Source: a virus
DNA length: 64,000 nt
Direction: 5' to 3' (one strand)
Virus record (IMG/VR): IMGVR_UViG_3300025098_000019
Location: 32,001-96,000 of that record
In this document: positions 28,974-38,704 of the stretch, piece after piece
Position numbering within the stretch: position 1 is the stretch's first letter
Layout: the number at the start of each line of letters is the position of its first letter
Translations under genes and position numbers: made by a program
Notes under the pieces: generated by a model
Told to the model about the DNA's origin: nothing
Databases searched by the model: none
Seen by the model: the letters and a program-made list of their open reading frames with translations, nothing else

Positions 28974-29741
28974 ATGAAAATAAATGATATATTAAATGAA
29001 TCTGATGTTAAAGCTGATCCAAAGATAGTGGATAAATTTGCTGGCGTAAGTGATAGTCAAAGATCATACTACATATACCAATGGGCAAAAGAAAAAGGCA
29101 TTGACAGCGATGACGCAATGCAACTAGCTGGATATAAGCGTGGTAGTTATATGGGTGCAGGATCTTACATGTGGAACTATGCTCCAAACGAAAGCATTGA
29201 GGAAGCACCTGCAGGTATGTTAAAACAAGTAGGACGTAGACTTGGTGCTAAGGCCGCAGGCGCTATAGGCATGAAAGGCACCGCAGCAAAATTAGGCGGG
29301 GCTGCTGACGCAGGCAAAGCAGCAAATCAGTTAAAAGTTAAACTTCAAGGATACCTTGGTAAAACTGGCGGTAATATAAAGCAATTAGATGCTCAAGAAC
29401 TTTCTGCATTTTTAAAACAACAACAACTTCCAACTAACGCTGTACCTGCAAGTGGTATAATTGCACCAAAAGACGTTGATAAAGTTTTAATGAAAACTAT
29501 TCAAACAAGTAATAAAGCCGCAGGCGCACCTGCTGGCGATGCACCACAACAAGATGCACCACAACAAGCAGCAGGTGGCGGACAGCAACAAGCAGCAGCA
29601 CCACAAGCAAGTGCTCCACAAAAACAAGCAAGTGCTCCGCAACAACAGGCAGCAAGTGCAACAGGAATACCTGCAAATATACAAGCGCAGTTAGATTCGC
29701 TAACACCAACAGAGAAAAAAGTATTGGCAGGAGTTATATAA
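28974..29741 (+). CDS. Hypothetical virion protein, probable internal head protein
   Basis: Late promoter, N-terminus MKINDILNE, and an Ala/Gln/Pro low-complexity tail with short DNA repeats (gatgcaccacaacaa x2). Confidence 0.55.
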   Translation: MKINDILNESDVKADPKIVDKFAGVSDSQRSYYIYQWAKEKGIDSDDAMQLAGYKRGSYMGAGSYMWNYAPNESIEEAPAGMLKQVGRRLGAKAAGAIGMKGTAAKLGGAADAGKAANQLKVKLQGYLGKTGGNIKQLDAQELSAFLKQQQLPTNAVPASGIIAPKDVDKVLMKTIQTSNKAAGAPAGDAPQQDAPQQAAGGGQQQAAAPQASAPQKQASAPQQQAASATGIPANIQAQLDSLTPTEKKVLAGVI

Positions 29742-32020
29742 TGAAATTAACCGAAGTTACATTATACGAAAATAAATCACACAGAATTTTAAAAGAAGGC
29801 TGGCAGGATCTTACTGAATCACAAAAACTTTATCAAGGAAGATTTGAAAAAGAACTTTGGCCATTAGTTGAACAATACACAAAACTAGCAGAAGCAGAAC
29901 TTTCTAGACAACAAGTATTAGATATCTTTAGTGGTGCTGAACAAGTTGCAATGGACAGTGGCGATAATAAAACAATCGCTGGTAAAGTAGGCGCAGGCGC
30001 AGCAGCAGCCGCAAAACTTCCTGTAGATATTGCTAAAAAAGTTGATGCAAAAATTAACGAACTAGGTAAACTAGCACAAAATGCAGGTCCTGTAAAAAAT
30101 GCAGATGCTAAGTTTGCACAACTTAAGAAAGATATTACTGCAAATAACAGTGACAGTAAAATTGTACAAGGTGTACAAAAGATAAGTGATTGGGCAAAAG
30201 CAAATCCTGGTAAAGCAAGTGTAGCTGTTGGTATTTTAACTACTATGGCAGCATTTGCAGGCGGTCCTGCGGGCGGCGCAGCAGCAGGTTTGGTACTACG
30301 TGCATCAAAAGATTTATTACAAGGCGAGGAGCTTTCAGCAGCAGTTGGCAAGTCAATCAAGACTGGTGTTTATGGTGCTCTTGCTGGCATGGCATTTAGT
30401 GAACTTACAGATAATATTGTTGATAACATTTCATCTGCACAAGGCGCAGAGCTTGAAGCAATGGAAGCAAGTTTGAAAGCTGAAAATCTTGCAACAGCAA
30501 AAGCTGACTTATTTGCAGACCTAGGAATGGAAGTTGATGTTCTAGACGGTGCAACTAGAATTGATATGAGTGGAAACTTAAATGGATTCTACTATTCATA
30601 TGACACAGTTATTCCACCAGACATGATGGGTCAATACGAAGCATTAAGTAATGCAGTAAGTAGTGCAGATACATTTAGTCCTGAACACTATGCAGCAGCA
30701 GCCAAGTTCCATGATTTTATGGGCGGATTAGTTGACGCTCCTGAAGCAAAGAATTTAACAGCAGCCTGGGACGCACTAAAAGAAATACCAAAAGAACAGT
30801 TAACTACTGCAAACCTTGATACACTTCTTGCTCAAGCAGAATCTAGTGGTGCAGTATTAACCGCATTAAATGATGCAGGCGGAGCAATAGCTGCGGCTGC
30901 TCAAGGTGCATTACAAACAGTTGACGATACTGCCAAAGATGCACATAAAGCAAAGCCAGTTGATCCAGAAATTAAGCAACAACTTGAACTAGATTTAAAA
31001 GGCGGAAGCAATGCAAAAGCAGAATCAATGTCAATGGAAGAACGCTTTGAATTGTATCTAGCAGAAGCAGATCCTGCACAAGGAGAATTGCCTTTAGATA
31101 ATCCTAATACAATGGGTGCAAAACTAAAGCGTGGAGCAGGAAAACTTGCAGGTAAAGCCGCAGGTGCAGTAAAAGGCGCAGCAAGTTCAGCAGCAGGTGC
31201 AGTAAAACAAGGTGCAAAAGATGTTGGTAATAAAGTTACTGCTAATAAACTTACAAAAACTTGGAAGTCAATGGGAGAACCAACTGACGCAGGAAGTATT
31301 GCTAATATTTTAGCAGATGCAGGTGTAAGTAATGACCAAATTGCACAAATAAGTAAAACTGCTAACGTAAAATTACAACCTACGCCAAAATCAACAGCAG
31401 CAGATCCTAAAGCAGCAGCAAAAGCAACTGCAACTGCAAAAGCAACTGCAAAAGATCCTAAAGCAGCAGCAGCAGAGCCTAAATCAGCAATTTCTAAAGG
31501 TGCTAATAAAGCAACTGCAACAAAGCCAATGAAAAAAGGTACTACAAAAGAAGTAGGCGGCAAAACTTATCGTTGGGAAGGCGCACTTTGGGTAGACACT
31601 GCAACAAATAAACCAGTGAGTGTTGCAAATGCAATGAAAATGGGATTAGGTAATCCTAAATTAGACCCAATTATATCAGCAGCGAAAAAAGATCCTGCAC
31701 TTGCTAAGTTAATTAAACAACAAATTACTTCTAAAGGTGTTAAAGCAGGTACTGCGCAAGCAGCAAAAGCAGCACAACCAGATGCTAAAAATAAAGTAGC
31801 TCCAAAAGCAGCTCCGGCAGCTAGTGTAGCACCAAAAGCAGCACCGACAGCTAATGTAGCACCAAAAGCAGCAGCAACTAAGAAGACAGCCGCAAAAGCA
31901 GCACCAGCAGCTAATGTAGCAACTGCAAAATCAGGTGGTAAACTTAAGAAAGCAGCAGGCGCAGTAAAAAGTGGTTATAAAAATTATAATAAAATGAGTG
32001 CTTTAAATCCAGGTTCTTAA
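29741..32020 (+). CDS. Hypothetical Ala/Lys-rich virion protein, probable internal head or ejection protein
   Basis: Translationally coupled to the previous gene. N-terminus MKLTEVTLYE, a hydrophobic Gly/Ala segment, and C-terminal VAPKAAP repeats. Confidence 0.55.
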   Translation: MKLTEVTLYENKSHRILKEGWQDLTESQKLYQGRFEKELWPLVEQYTKLAEAELSRQQVLDIFSGAEQVAMDSGDNKTIAGKVGAGAAAAAKLPVDIAKKVDAKINELGKLAQNAGPVKNADAKFAQLKKDITANNSDSKIVQGVQKISDWAKANPGKASVAVGILTTMAAFAGGPAGGAAAGLVLRASKDLLQGEELSAAVGKSIKTGVYGALAGMAFSELTDNIVDNISSAQGAELEAMEASLKAENLATAKADLFADLGMEVDVLDGATRIDMSGNLNGFYYSYDTVIPPDMMGQYEALSNAVSSADTFSPEHYAAAAKFHDFMGGLVDAPEAKNLTAAWDALKEIPKEQLTTANLDTLLAQAESSGAVLTALNDAGGAIAAAAQGALQTVDDTAKDAHKAKPVDPEIKQQLELDLKGGSNAKAESMSMEERFELYLAEADPAQGELPLDNPNTMGAKLKRGAGKLAGKAAGAVKGAASSAAGAVKQGAKDVGNKVTANKLTKTWKSMGEPTDAGSIANILADAGVSNDQIAQISKTANVKLQPTPKSTAADPKAAAKATATAKATAKDPKAAAAEPKSAISKGANKATATKPMKKGTTKEVGGKTYRWEGALWVDTATNKPVSVANAMKMGLGNPKLDPIISAAKKDPALAKLIKQQITSKGVKAGTAQAAKAAQPDAKNKVAPKAAPAASVAPKAAPTANVAPKAAATKKTAAKAAPAANVATAKSGGKLKKAAGAVKSGYKNYNKMSALNPGS
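31796..31925 (+). repeat. Coding tandem repeat (gtagcaccaaaagcagca-like; VAPKAAP)
   Basis: Several near-identical ~30-nt units in frame within 29741..32020. Confidence 0.8.
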
Positions 32021-32247
32021 AAGAACGGTAAACCTGACTTTTTAGTAGTTTCCATATTGTCTTTAACAATACCACTTATCATTTCGCGTTCTTCTGAAGA
32101 CAAATAGTGTGCTTCAGTGTAGGATAATCCCCCTCGCATATACCAAACAGTTTGTAGTAAATCATTTTTGATTTGCTTGACTTGATTTTCTAGGACCTTA
32201 ACTTCTTTTAATATTTCGTCAAGGGGTAGGTTTAAGATCCTTATGCG
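32017..32247 (-). CDS. Unannotated 76-codon reading frame, probable -1 frameshift extension of the gp26-like gene (gp51/GT-like)
   Basis: The -1 frame after the heptamer T TTT TTC reads RIRILNLPLDEILKEVKVLENQVKQIKNDLLQTVWYMRGGLSYTEAHYLSSEEREMISGIVKDNMETTKKSGLPFF*. It fills the intergenic gap exactly and has no ATG near its 5' end. Confidence 0.7.
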   Translation of the reverse strand, partial: RIRILNLPLDEILKEVKVLENQVKQIKNDLLQTVWYMRGGLSYTEAHYLSSEEREMISGIVKDNMETTKKSGLPFF

Positions 32248-33098
32248 AAAAAATTTGTTTGATCAAATGCAATTGGTACTTCGTATGATGCAGGAACACC
32301 TTTTGTAATTTCTTCGTCTGTTGCATCAACTATCATTGGTTTAATTTCAAAAGAATCTTTTTGACTTTGTAAATGATTTTGAATATGCTCAAAAGTTGTT
32401 TTATCAGCATTTTCAATAAACTCGCTGATGTGTTCTCTACTTGTAACTACATCGTCGCCTATCTGAATAGATTGTATACTAAACTTTATGCTGTCAACAG
32501 TAAGATCTGTTAGTTTTTTAAAGCTAGACTGAAACTGTGATAGTTTTTCTTCTTCAGTTAAGTCTTGATCATTAACAACTGCAAATATTCTTTGCTCTTC
32601 AAATGTTTTTAAGTTAACTGATGTAAATTCTTTGTATGTTAACGGCTTCATTGTAATAGTTAAATCACCCATTATACAAGTACCATTGTATTGTGCAGAA
32701 ATTAGTCTTTCAAGAATAATTTTTAAGTCTAACTCAAAGTCTTTTTCTTCTTCAGTTATCGGTGTTGTAGTTGTTAGTGTCATCATATCGCCATAAGTTG
32801 CAATTCTAATAGCAACTAGTGCAGCGTCAACATCTAAACTTGGCATATTCCATGCATTTTTAATATTAGGAATACAACTTTGAATAATATCAACAGTTGC
32901 TTGTCCGTTTAATAGTGCATCAGGTGTTTTTATAATCATCTCGTCTTTTGCTGTCATAGCATAGACTGGATATTCGTTGTTTTCTAGCAAATCGATACTA
33001 TTGTTACCATAGTATTGACCTTGAGACGGTAAAGATAGGTAAATCTTTGGTTGTCTGAAGTACTTTTGTAACGGATTAGCCGTTGCGGTATTAGTCAT
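32241..33098 (-). CDS. Baseplate hub assembly chaperone, gp26-like
   Basis: PKIYLSLPSQG, MTAKDEMII, DVDAALVAIRIATYG and a C-terminal NFFA match the gp26 family pattern. AGGAG RBS. Confidence 0.75.
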   Translation of the reverse strand: MTNTATANPLQKYFRQPKIYLSLPSQGQYYGNNSIDLLENNEYPVYAMTAKDEMIIKTPDALLNGQATVDIIQSCIPNIKNAWNMPSLDVDAALVAIRIATYGDMMTLTTTTPITEEEKDFELDLKIILERLISAQYNGTCIMGDLTITMKPLTYKEFTSVNLKTFEEQRIFAVVNDQDLTEEEKLSQFQSSFKKLTDLTVDSIKFSIQSIQIGDDVVTSREHISEFIENADKTTFEHIQNHLQSQKDSFEIKPMIVDATDEEITKGVPASYEVPIAFDQTNFFA

Positions 33099-33111
33099 AT
33101 AATTCTCCTGC

Positions 33112-33160
33112 TAAATACAATGTATAAAGTATATACCATTTTTATTTATATACGTATTTA
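33112..33160. promoter_or_regulatory. Divergent late promoters
   Basis: TAAATA on + at 33112-33117 (towards the tape-measure gene); TATAAATA on - at 33143-33150 and TAAATA on - at 33155-33160 (towards gp26). Confidence 0.65.
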
Positions 33161-33176
33161 ACTAGGACCTAACTAA

Positions 33177-35966
33177 GTGGCAGAAGAAATTGAAATTAGT
33201 AATGTAGGCGGAGCCAATGGTGTTGCAAGTGAAGCAACGCTTAAAGCTCTTGTTGATGCATTAAACAAAAAAGACGGATCTGGCGCCTCTGGCAAGGCAG
33301 CAAAACAGTATAACGACCAATTAAAAAATGGTGCAACAGTAACTAGAGACAATAATAAAGCAACAAAGACTAATACTAAAGCTACTATTAGTGCTTCAGA
33401 AGCTACAAGTAAGTTTGCTTCAAAATTAAGTGGTGCCGCATTAGGCGCAATTGGTGCTATAGCTGGTTCAATAGGTAATCTTGGTAAAGAGTTTATCAAT
33501 GGCGGTAGTCAACTAGGTGATTTTACACAGCACTTACCTTTAGTTGGACAAGCAATATCTCCTTTAGTTGGATTAATTGACGATAGTGTATCAAGCTTCA
33601 GAGCATTGTCAAGTGTTGGTGCTAGTTTTGGTAACAGTATAACTGATATGCGTCTAGCATCTGCTAATGCCGGATTAAGTATGGAAGAATTCTCTGGCTT
33701 AATAGGTAGTAATTCAGAAACACTTCGATTATTAGGTGGAACTGTTTCACAAGGTACTCAAAGATTCCTTCAAATGAATCGTAATCTTAAAGATACTGGT
33801 GATTTTGAAACTCTAAAGAACTTAGGCTTTACAGTTATGGACATCAACGAAGGAATGGTTGATTACATTGACTTACAAGCTAATTTAGGTAGAAACCAAA
33901 AGCGTAGTGCTGCAAGCCTAGCACAAGGTTCATCGCAATACCTACAACAACTAGATGCACTTGCAAAAGTAACAGGTAAATCTAGAAAAGAATTAGCAGC
34001 TACACTGAATAAGCAATCACAAGACGCAGGTTTCAGAGCATTAATGAATCAGTTTGAAGCAGGAAGCGAAAAAGCTGAGAATTTTGCATCAAGCATGGCT
34101 TTGATTGACACACTTCCTGCAGAAGTTGCAACAGGATTAAAAGACTTAGCAGATGGCGTAGCACAAACGCCCGAAGCAGTAGCATTAATAAATGCAGCAG
34201 GCCCAGAAATTGCAGATGCAATGGAAGCTGTTGCTAACGGAGCAGATCCACAAGTTATAATCGATGCACTTGGTAAAGCAGGTGTTGATATGGAAAAATT
34301 TGCAGGACTTGAAGGCAAACAAAGAGCTGCATTCATTCAAAATCTAAGGCAAACAAATCCTACACTAGCAGCAATACTTGATTCTTCTACTCAATTAACT
34401 AAGATAGGTAATGCAGAATTTAAAAAAGCACAAGGCGAACAGAAAAAACGAGACGAGATTACAGCATCACTTACTACATTCGATGATTCCGTTCGCGAAG
34501 TTAGATCAAAACTATCTAAAGCGTTTATTGAGAGTGGCCTCTTTGAAGCTATCTCAGGTCAAACTGGTAATTTAGCTGATGGACTAGCAGCAGCAGTGCC
34601 GCATATTGTAAATTTCTTAAAAGAGTTTACATCTATTGCACAAGGTGAAGGTTTCGGAGCAGCAATTTCTCAAAAAATTATTGATCCAATGAAAGAAGCG
34701 TTACTTAACGGTATTAAAGGACTTTGGACAGACTCAAGTATATTTTCAAAAATGGCTATTGGTATTTTGGGCTTATTTGCAGGAGCAAAAGTTGTTGGCG
34801 CTCTAACAGGCGGCCTAAGTAAATTATTTGGCGTTGGTGGCGGCGGCGGCATGGGCGGTGGCGGAATGCCAGGCAAAGGCAAAGGAGCAGCCGCAGGTAA
34901 AGGTGCAGGAGCGTTTGTTGGAAACGTAGCTGGCGGAGCAATGACAGGTGCTGCTAAAGGACTTAGTGCATTTGCAAGTCCGCAAGTAGCAATTGGTGCA
35001 GGTGTATTAGCAGGAACAATCTTAGTAGTTGGCGGAGCAGTAGCAGGCGCAACATGGATGATGGGCAAAGCACTACCAACATTTGCAGAAGGTTTAACAA
35101 AATTTGAAGAACTAGACGGCGAAAAACTTAAATCAGCTGGTTTAGGTATGGTTGCTATCGGTGGAGGCTTTGCAGCCTTCGGCGTAGGAGGTGTTGCAGC
35201 AGGCATAGGCGGCATTATTGGCAGCATATCCGAAGGGCTGCTAGGAATGTTTGGCGGTGACGATCCATTAACTAAGATAAAAAAGTTTGGTGATGCTGAT
35301 ATTGATGCAGTAAAAGTAAAAGCAAACGCAGAAGCAATGGTTGCATTTGGTGAAGCAATGGGTGCAGCAGGTGTAGGAAATGCAGCAGCAGGAGCAGGCG
35401 GAATTGTAGGAGCATTTGCAAGTTTCTTTGCTGACGATCCAACAGAGCAAGTTAAAGAGTTTGGCAAACTAGATATTAATGCGGACGGTGTTACTAATAA
35501 TGCCAATGCAATGCTAGTGATGTCACAAGGCATCGCTGCAATGGCAAACGCCGGTATATCTTCACTAACAATAGATGATGGGCTAATAGACAACTTTTCT
35601 ACATTATCAAAAATAGGCCCAGGATTAGATACAGCAGGTGATGCAATAGTTAAAATAGCAGGTGTTGCTGACCTAAGTGGAAATGTTGATTTGTTAAATT
35701 CGATTGACAGAAGTGGAATAAGAAACTATAATATAGAATTAGCTAAGATGGTTGATTTGCTTGAAAACATGAATACTGAACTATCAAAAGATAATAAATT
35801 TGGATTTGGCAGCGGAACAAATGCCGGAGACGTGATGCAAACCATGGCTGACAGTGGTCAAGCCACTACTCAGCTAAGTACTACTATGCTTACAACATTG
35901 GAAGAGATAAAAGATATAAACAAAGCAAGTAAGACATTGCTTGGTGAAATAAAGAGAAATATATAA
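33177..35966 (+). CDS. Tape-measure-like protein (gp29-type tail length determinant)
   Basis: 929 aa, helical and Ala/Gly-rich, with hydrophobic Gly-rich segments in the C-terminal half. Divergent from the gp26-like chaperone. GTG start. Confidence 0.65.
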   Translation: MAEEIEISNVGGANGVASEATLKALVDALNKKDGSGASGKAAKQYNDQLKNGATVTRDNNKATKTNTKATISASEATSKFASKLSGAALGAIGAIAGSIGNLGKEFINGGSQLGDFTQHLPLVGQAISPLVGLIDDSVSSFRALSSVGASFGNSITDMRLASANAGLSMEEFSGLIGSNSETLRLLGGTVSQGTQRFLQMNRNLKDTGDFETLKNLGFTVMDINEGMVDYIDLQANLGRNQKRSAASLAQGSSQYLQQLDALAKVTGKSRKELAATLNKQSQDAGFRALMNQFEAGSEKAENFASSMALIDTLPAEVATGLKDLADGVAQTPEAVALINAAGPEIADAMEAVANGADPQVIIDALGKAGVDMEKFAGLEGKQRAAFIQNLRQTNPTLAAILDSSTQLTKIGNAEFKKAQGEQKKRDEITASLTTFDDSVREVRSKLSKAFIESGLFEAISGQTGNLADGLAAAVPHIVNFLKEFTSIAQGEGFGAAISQKIIDPMKEALLNGIKGLWTDSSIFSKMAIGILGLFAGAKVVGALTGGLSKLFGVGGGGGMGGGGMPGKGKGAAAGKGAGAFVGNVAGGAMTGAAKGLSAFASPQVAIGAGVLAGTILVVGGAVAGATWMMGKALPTFAEGLTKFEELDGEKLKSAGLGMVAIGGGFAAFGVGGVAAGIGGIIGSISEGLLGMFGGDDPLTKIKKFGDADIDAVKVKANAEAMVAFGEAMGAAGVGNAAAGAGGIVGAFASFFADDPTEQVKEFGKLDINADGVTNNANAMLVMSQGIAAMANAGISSLTIDDGLIDNFSTLSKIGPGLDTAGDAIVKIAGVADLSGNVDLLNSIDRSGIRNYNIELAKMVDLLENMNTELSKDNKFGFGSGTNAGDVMQTMADSGQATTQLSTTMLTTLEEIKDINKASKTLLGEIKRNI

Positions 35967-35967
35967 A

Positions 35968-37719
35968 ATGAGTTGGAAAAAACACTTTACACCAGTGCCA
36001 CAAGGCACAGCAACAGGCGGATCGTACAGTCCTTTAAGTAATTACAAAGGAAGTATGCCAGGACCTGCTGCAAGAAATTATAATTCACACTTGCCAGATG
36101 TATATGTAGGAAATCCTAATCGTATCGAAAGGTATGGTCAATATAATACAATGGATTCAGATTCTGAAGTAAATGCAGCACTTGATATACTTGCAGAGTT
36201 TTGTACTCAAACTAATGAAGCAAACGGCACTAATTTTAAATTAAATTTTAAACAAAAAGCAACTAACTCAGAAACAACAATTATATCAAAATATCTACAA
36301 CAGTGGTGTAAACTTAATAAGTTTGAAACACGCATGTTTAGATTAATACGTAATTCCTTTAAGTACGGTGATCAAATATTTGTTAGAGATCCAGAAACTA
36401 AAAAGTTATTTCATGTAGACTGTGCAAACCTTACAAAAATTATTGTAAACGAAAGTGAAGGCAAAGTTCCAGAACAGTATGTTGTTAAAGATATGAATTT
36501 AAATTTTAAAGATTTAGTAGCAACTACACCTTATCAAACAAATGGTCAAATAAACAATGGCGGCGCAGGCAGCTATCAAAGTTCAAGCTCAGGCAAAGGA
36601 TATATTTCAGGCGGAGCAGGACAAAATGCAGGAACAAGATTTAGTAGAGAAGAAAATGAAATAGCAATTGATTCAGAACATATTGTTCACCTATCAATGA
36701 GTGAAGGATTAGATAATAATTATCCTTTTGGTAATTCATTACTTGAAACTATTTTTAAAGTTTACAAACAAAAAGAATTGCTTGAAGATGCGATTATTAT
36801 ATATCGTGTTCAAAGAGCTCCAGAAAGAAGAGTCTTTTACGTTGATGTGGGCAACATGCCTTCACACCTTGCTATGCAATTTGTGGAACGTGTTAAAACG
36901 GAAATACATCAGAGACGTATCCCATCGCAGACTGGCGGAGGTCAAAGCGTCATAGACAGCTCATATAATCCGCTTTCAATTAACGAAGACTACTTCTTCC
37001 CACAAACTGCTGAAGGTAGAGGATCTAAAGTAGAAACACTGCCAGGCGGAACTAACCTAGGAGAAATTGATGACCTTAGATATTTTACTAATAAGCTCGT
37101 ACGTGGTTTACGAATCCCTAGCAGCTACTTGCCTACCGGCGCTGAAGATGCTACTTCATCATACAATGATGGACGAGTCGGAACTGCTTATATACAAGAA
37201 TTAAGATTTAATACTTATTGCGAACGCTTGCAAGGCCTGTTAGTTGAAGACTTTGATCAAGAATTTAAACGTTACCTTTTAGAAAAAGGTGTAAACATTG
37301 ATACTTCAATGTTTGATATTCAATTCCAGCCACCACAAAACTTTGCAAGTTACAGACAAAGTGAAATTGATAATGCTCGTGTACCAACTTATACACAAAT
37401 GAGTGCTATACCTTATATTTCAAATAGATTTGCATTAAAACGTTTCTTAGGTATGTCAGATGAAGAGATTGCAGATAACGAAAGATTGTGGAAAGAAGAA
37501 AACGTTGAAAACTTAGAAGTACCACCAGCAGATGCATCAGGAGAGATGCGTAGTGCAGGTATAAGCGGCGCAGGTCTTGAAGCTGACTTGTCAGATGCCG
37601 AAGGCGAAGCTGCACCAGATGAAGCTCCAATTGAAGGAGGAGTAGGTACTCCGCCCGAAACTAATACTGGTGCAACATTAGGCGGCGGAGATGCCGCAGC
37701 AACAGATCAAACGATATAA
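35968..37719 (+). CDS. Portal vertex protein, gp20-like
   Basis: LLEDAIIIYRVQRAPERRVFYVDVGNMP, EDYFFP..EGRGSKVETLPGG.NLGEIDDLRYF..KL..GLRIPSS and ELRF are gp20 hallmarks. Confidence 0.96.
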   Translation: MSWKKHFTPVPQGTATGGSYSPLSNYKGSMPGPAARNYNSHLPDVYVGNPNRIERYGQYNTMDSDSEVNAALDILAEFCTQTNEANGTNFKLNFKQKATNSETTIISKYLQQWCKLNKFETRMFRLIRNSFKYGDQIFVRDPETKKLFHVDCANLTKIIVNESEGKVPEQYVVKDMNLNFKDLVATTPYQTNGQINNGGAGSYQSSSSGKGYISGGAGQNAGTRFSREENEIAIDSEHIVHLSMSEGLDNNYPFGNSLLETIFKVYKQKELLEDAIIIYRVQRAPERRVFYVDVGNMPSHLAMQFVERVKTEIHQRRIPSQTGGGQSVIDSSYNPLSINEDYFFPQTAEGRGSKVETLPGGTNLGEIDDLRYFTNKLVRGLRIPSSYLPTGAEDATSSYNDGRVGTAYIQELRFNTYCERLQGLLVEDFDQEFKRYLLEKGVNIDTSMFDIQFQPPQNFASYRQSEIDNARVPTYTQMSAIPYISNRFALKRFLGMSDEEIADNERLWKEENVENLEVPPADASGEMRSAGISGAGLEADLSDAEGEAAPDEAPIEGGVGTPPETNTGATLGGGDAAATDQTI

Positions 37720-37733
37720 GGATAAATAATTAC

Positions 37734-37979
37734 ATGATACTAAGAGAATTATTTTATTTTGATCCCGAGACTGTTGAAATGGGCCAGAACGATCGTTATG
37801 AGCCACAGCATGACGACTCACCTCTTAAGGCATCAGACACACGAAAGTCTAAACTTACACTAAAACAAATTAACAGAATTAGAAAAGCATCTGATTTGCA
37901 TAAAGAAGAACAAGTAAACGATCTTGATTTTGTGCGTCAAATGTATGGAGTTGCAGCTAACGCTGAAGCCGGCGTCTAA
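37734..37979 (+). CDS. Small hypothetical protein of the head module
   Basis: 81 aa, preceded by TAAATA at 37723-37728. Contains RKSKLTLKQINRIRK...QMYG. Confidence 0.7.
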   Translation: MILRELFYFDPETVEMGQNDRYEPQHDDSPLKASDTRKSKLTLKQINRIRKASDLHKEEQVNDLDFVRQMYGVAANAEAGV

Positions 37980-38578
37980 TGTCTGTAAGCCATACTGCTT
38001 TCGTTTTAGGAAACGGACTCAGTAGACAATCTATTAACCTACATGAATTAAAAAAACACGGAACTGTGTATGGATGTAATGCTATATACAGAGAGTTTAA
38101 GTGTGATCATTTAATTGCTGTTGATACAAAGATGGTTCTAGAAATAGCAAAAACAAACTATCAGAAGTATAATAGTGTATGGACCAACCCAAGTAAACTG
38201 TACAAAAACATACCATCTTTGAATTATTTTGAACCAAGTAAAGGTTGGTCAAGTGGACCTACTGCATTATGGCTTGCAAGTCAAAATGGACACAAACACA
38301 TTTATATTTTAGGTTTTGATTATTCAGGCACAGGTGATCAACACGCTAACTTTAACAACATATATGCTGATACAATAAATTATAAGACGTCACAAGAACC
38401 TGCAACATTTTATGGTAATTGGTTAAGACAAACTGCATCAGTAGTTAAAGAATATAGCATAATTAGATACAGTAGAGTTATAACGTCATATAATATTTGT
38501 CCGTCTGAACTAAATAAATTTAGAAACATTAGTAACATTTCAATTGACGATTTCAAAAAAATCGACAAATTTAAGTAG
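37979..38578 (+). CDS. Maf/MptE-like or GT42 (CstII)-like nucleotide-sugar transferase-fold protein
   Basis: AFVLGNGLS, YGCNA, SSGPTA and GHKHIYILGFD parallel the GNGPS / CN / TSG / GYKEIYLSGID motifs of CstII- and Maf-type enzymes. Confidence 0.55.
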   Translation: MSVSHTAFVLGNGLSRQSINLHELKKHGTVYGCNAIYREFKCDHLIAVDTKMVLEIAKTNYQKYNSVWTNPSKLYKNIPSLNYFEPSKGWSSGPTALWLASQNGHKHIYILGFDYSGTGDQHANFNNIYADTINYKTSQEPATFYGNWLRQTASVVKEYSIIRYSRVITSYNICPSELNKFRNISNISIDDFKKIDKFK

Positions 38579-38704
38579 TATCTTTCCGAAATGGTCCGTT
38601 TTGAGCCTGTTTCTAGGCACTTTTTCTTATATCAAGTAAATAATAATGACAGCCTTACCGTAGACTATTGTAGAACATGGTATATACATTTATAGGAGAA
38701 TAAA

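Noticed and set aside
29833-35593. Long antisense ORFs (175, 220 and 307 aa) opposite Ala/Gly-rich genes
   Set aside because: Expected artefacts of GCN/GGN-rich coding strands that lack antisense stops. Low-complexity translations.
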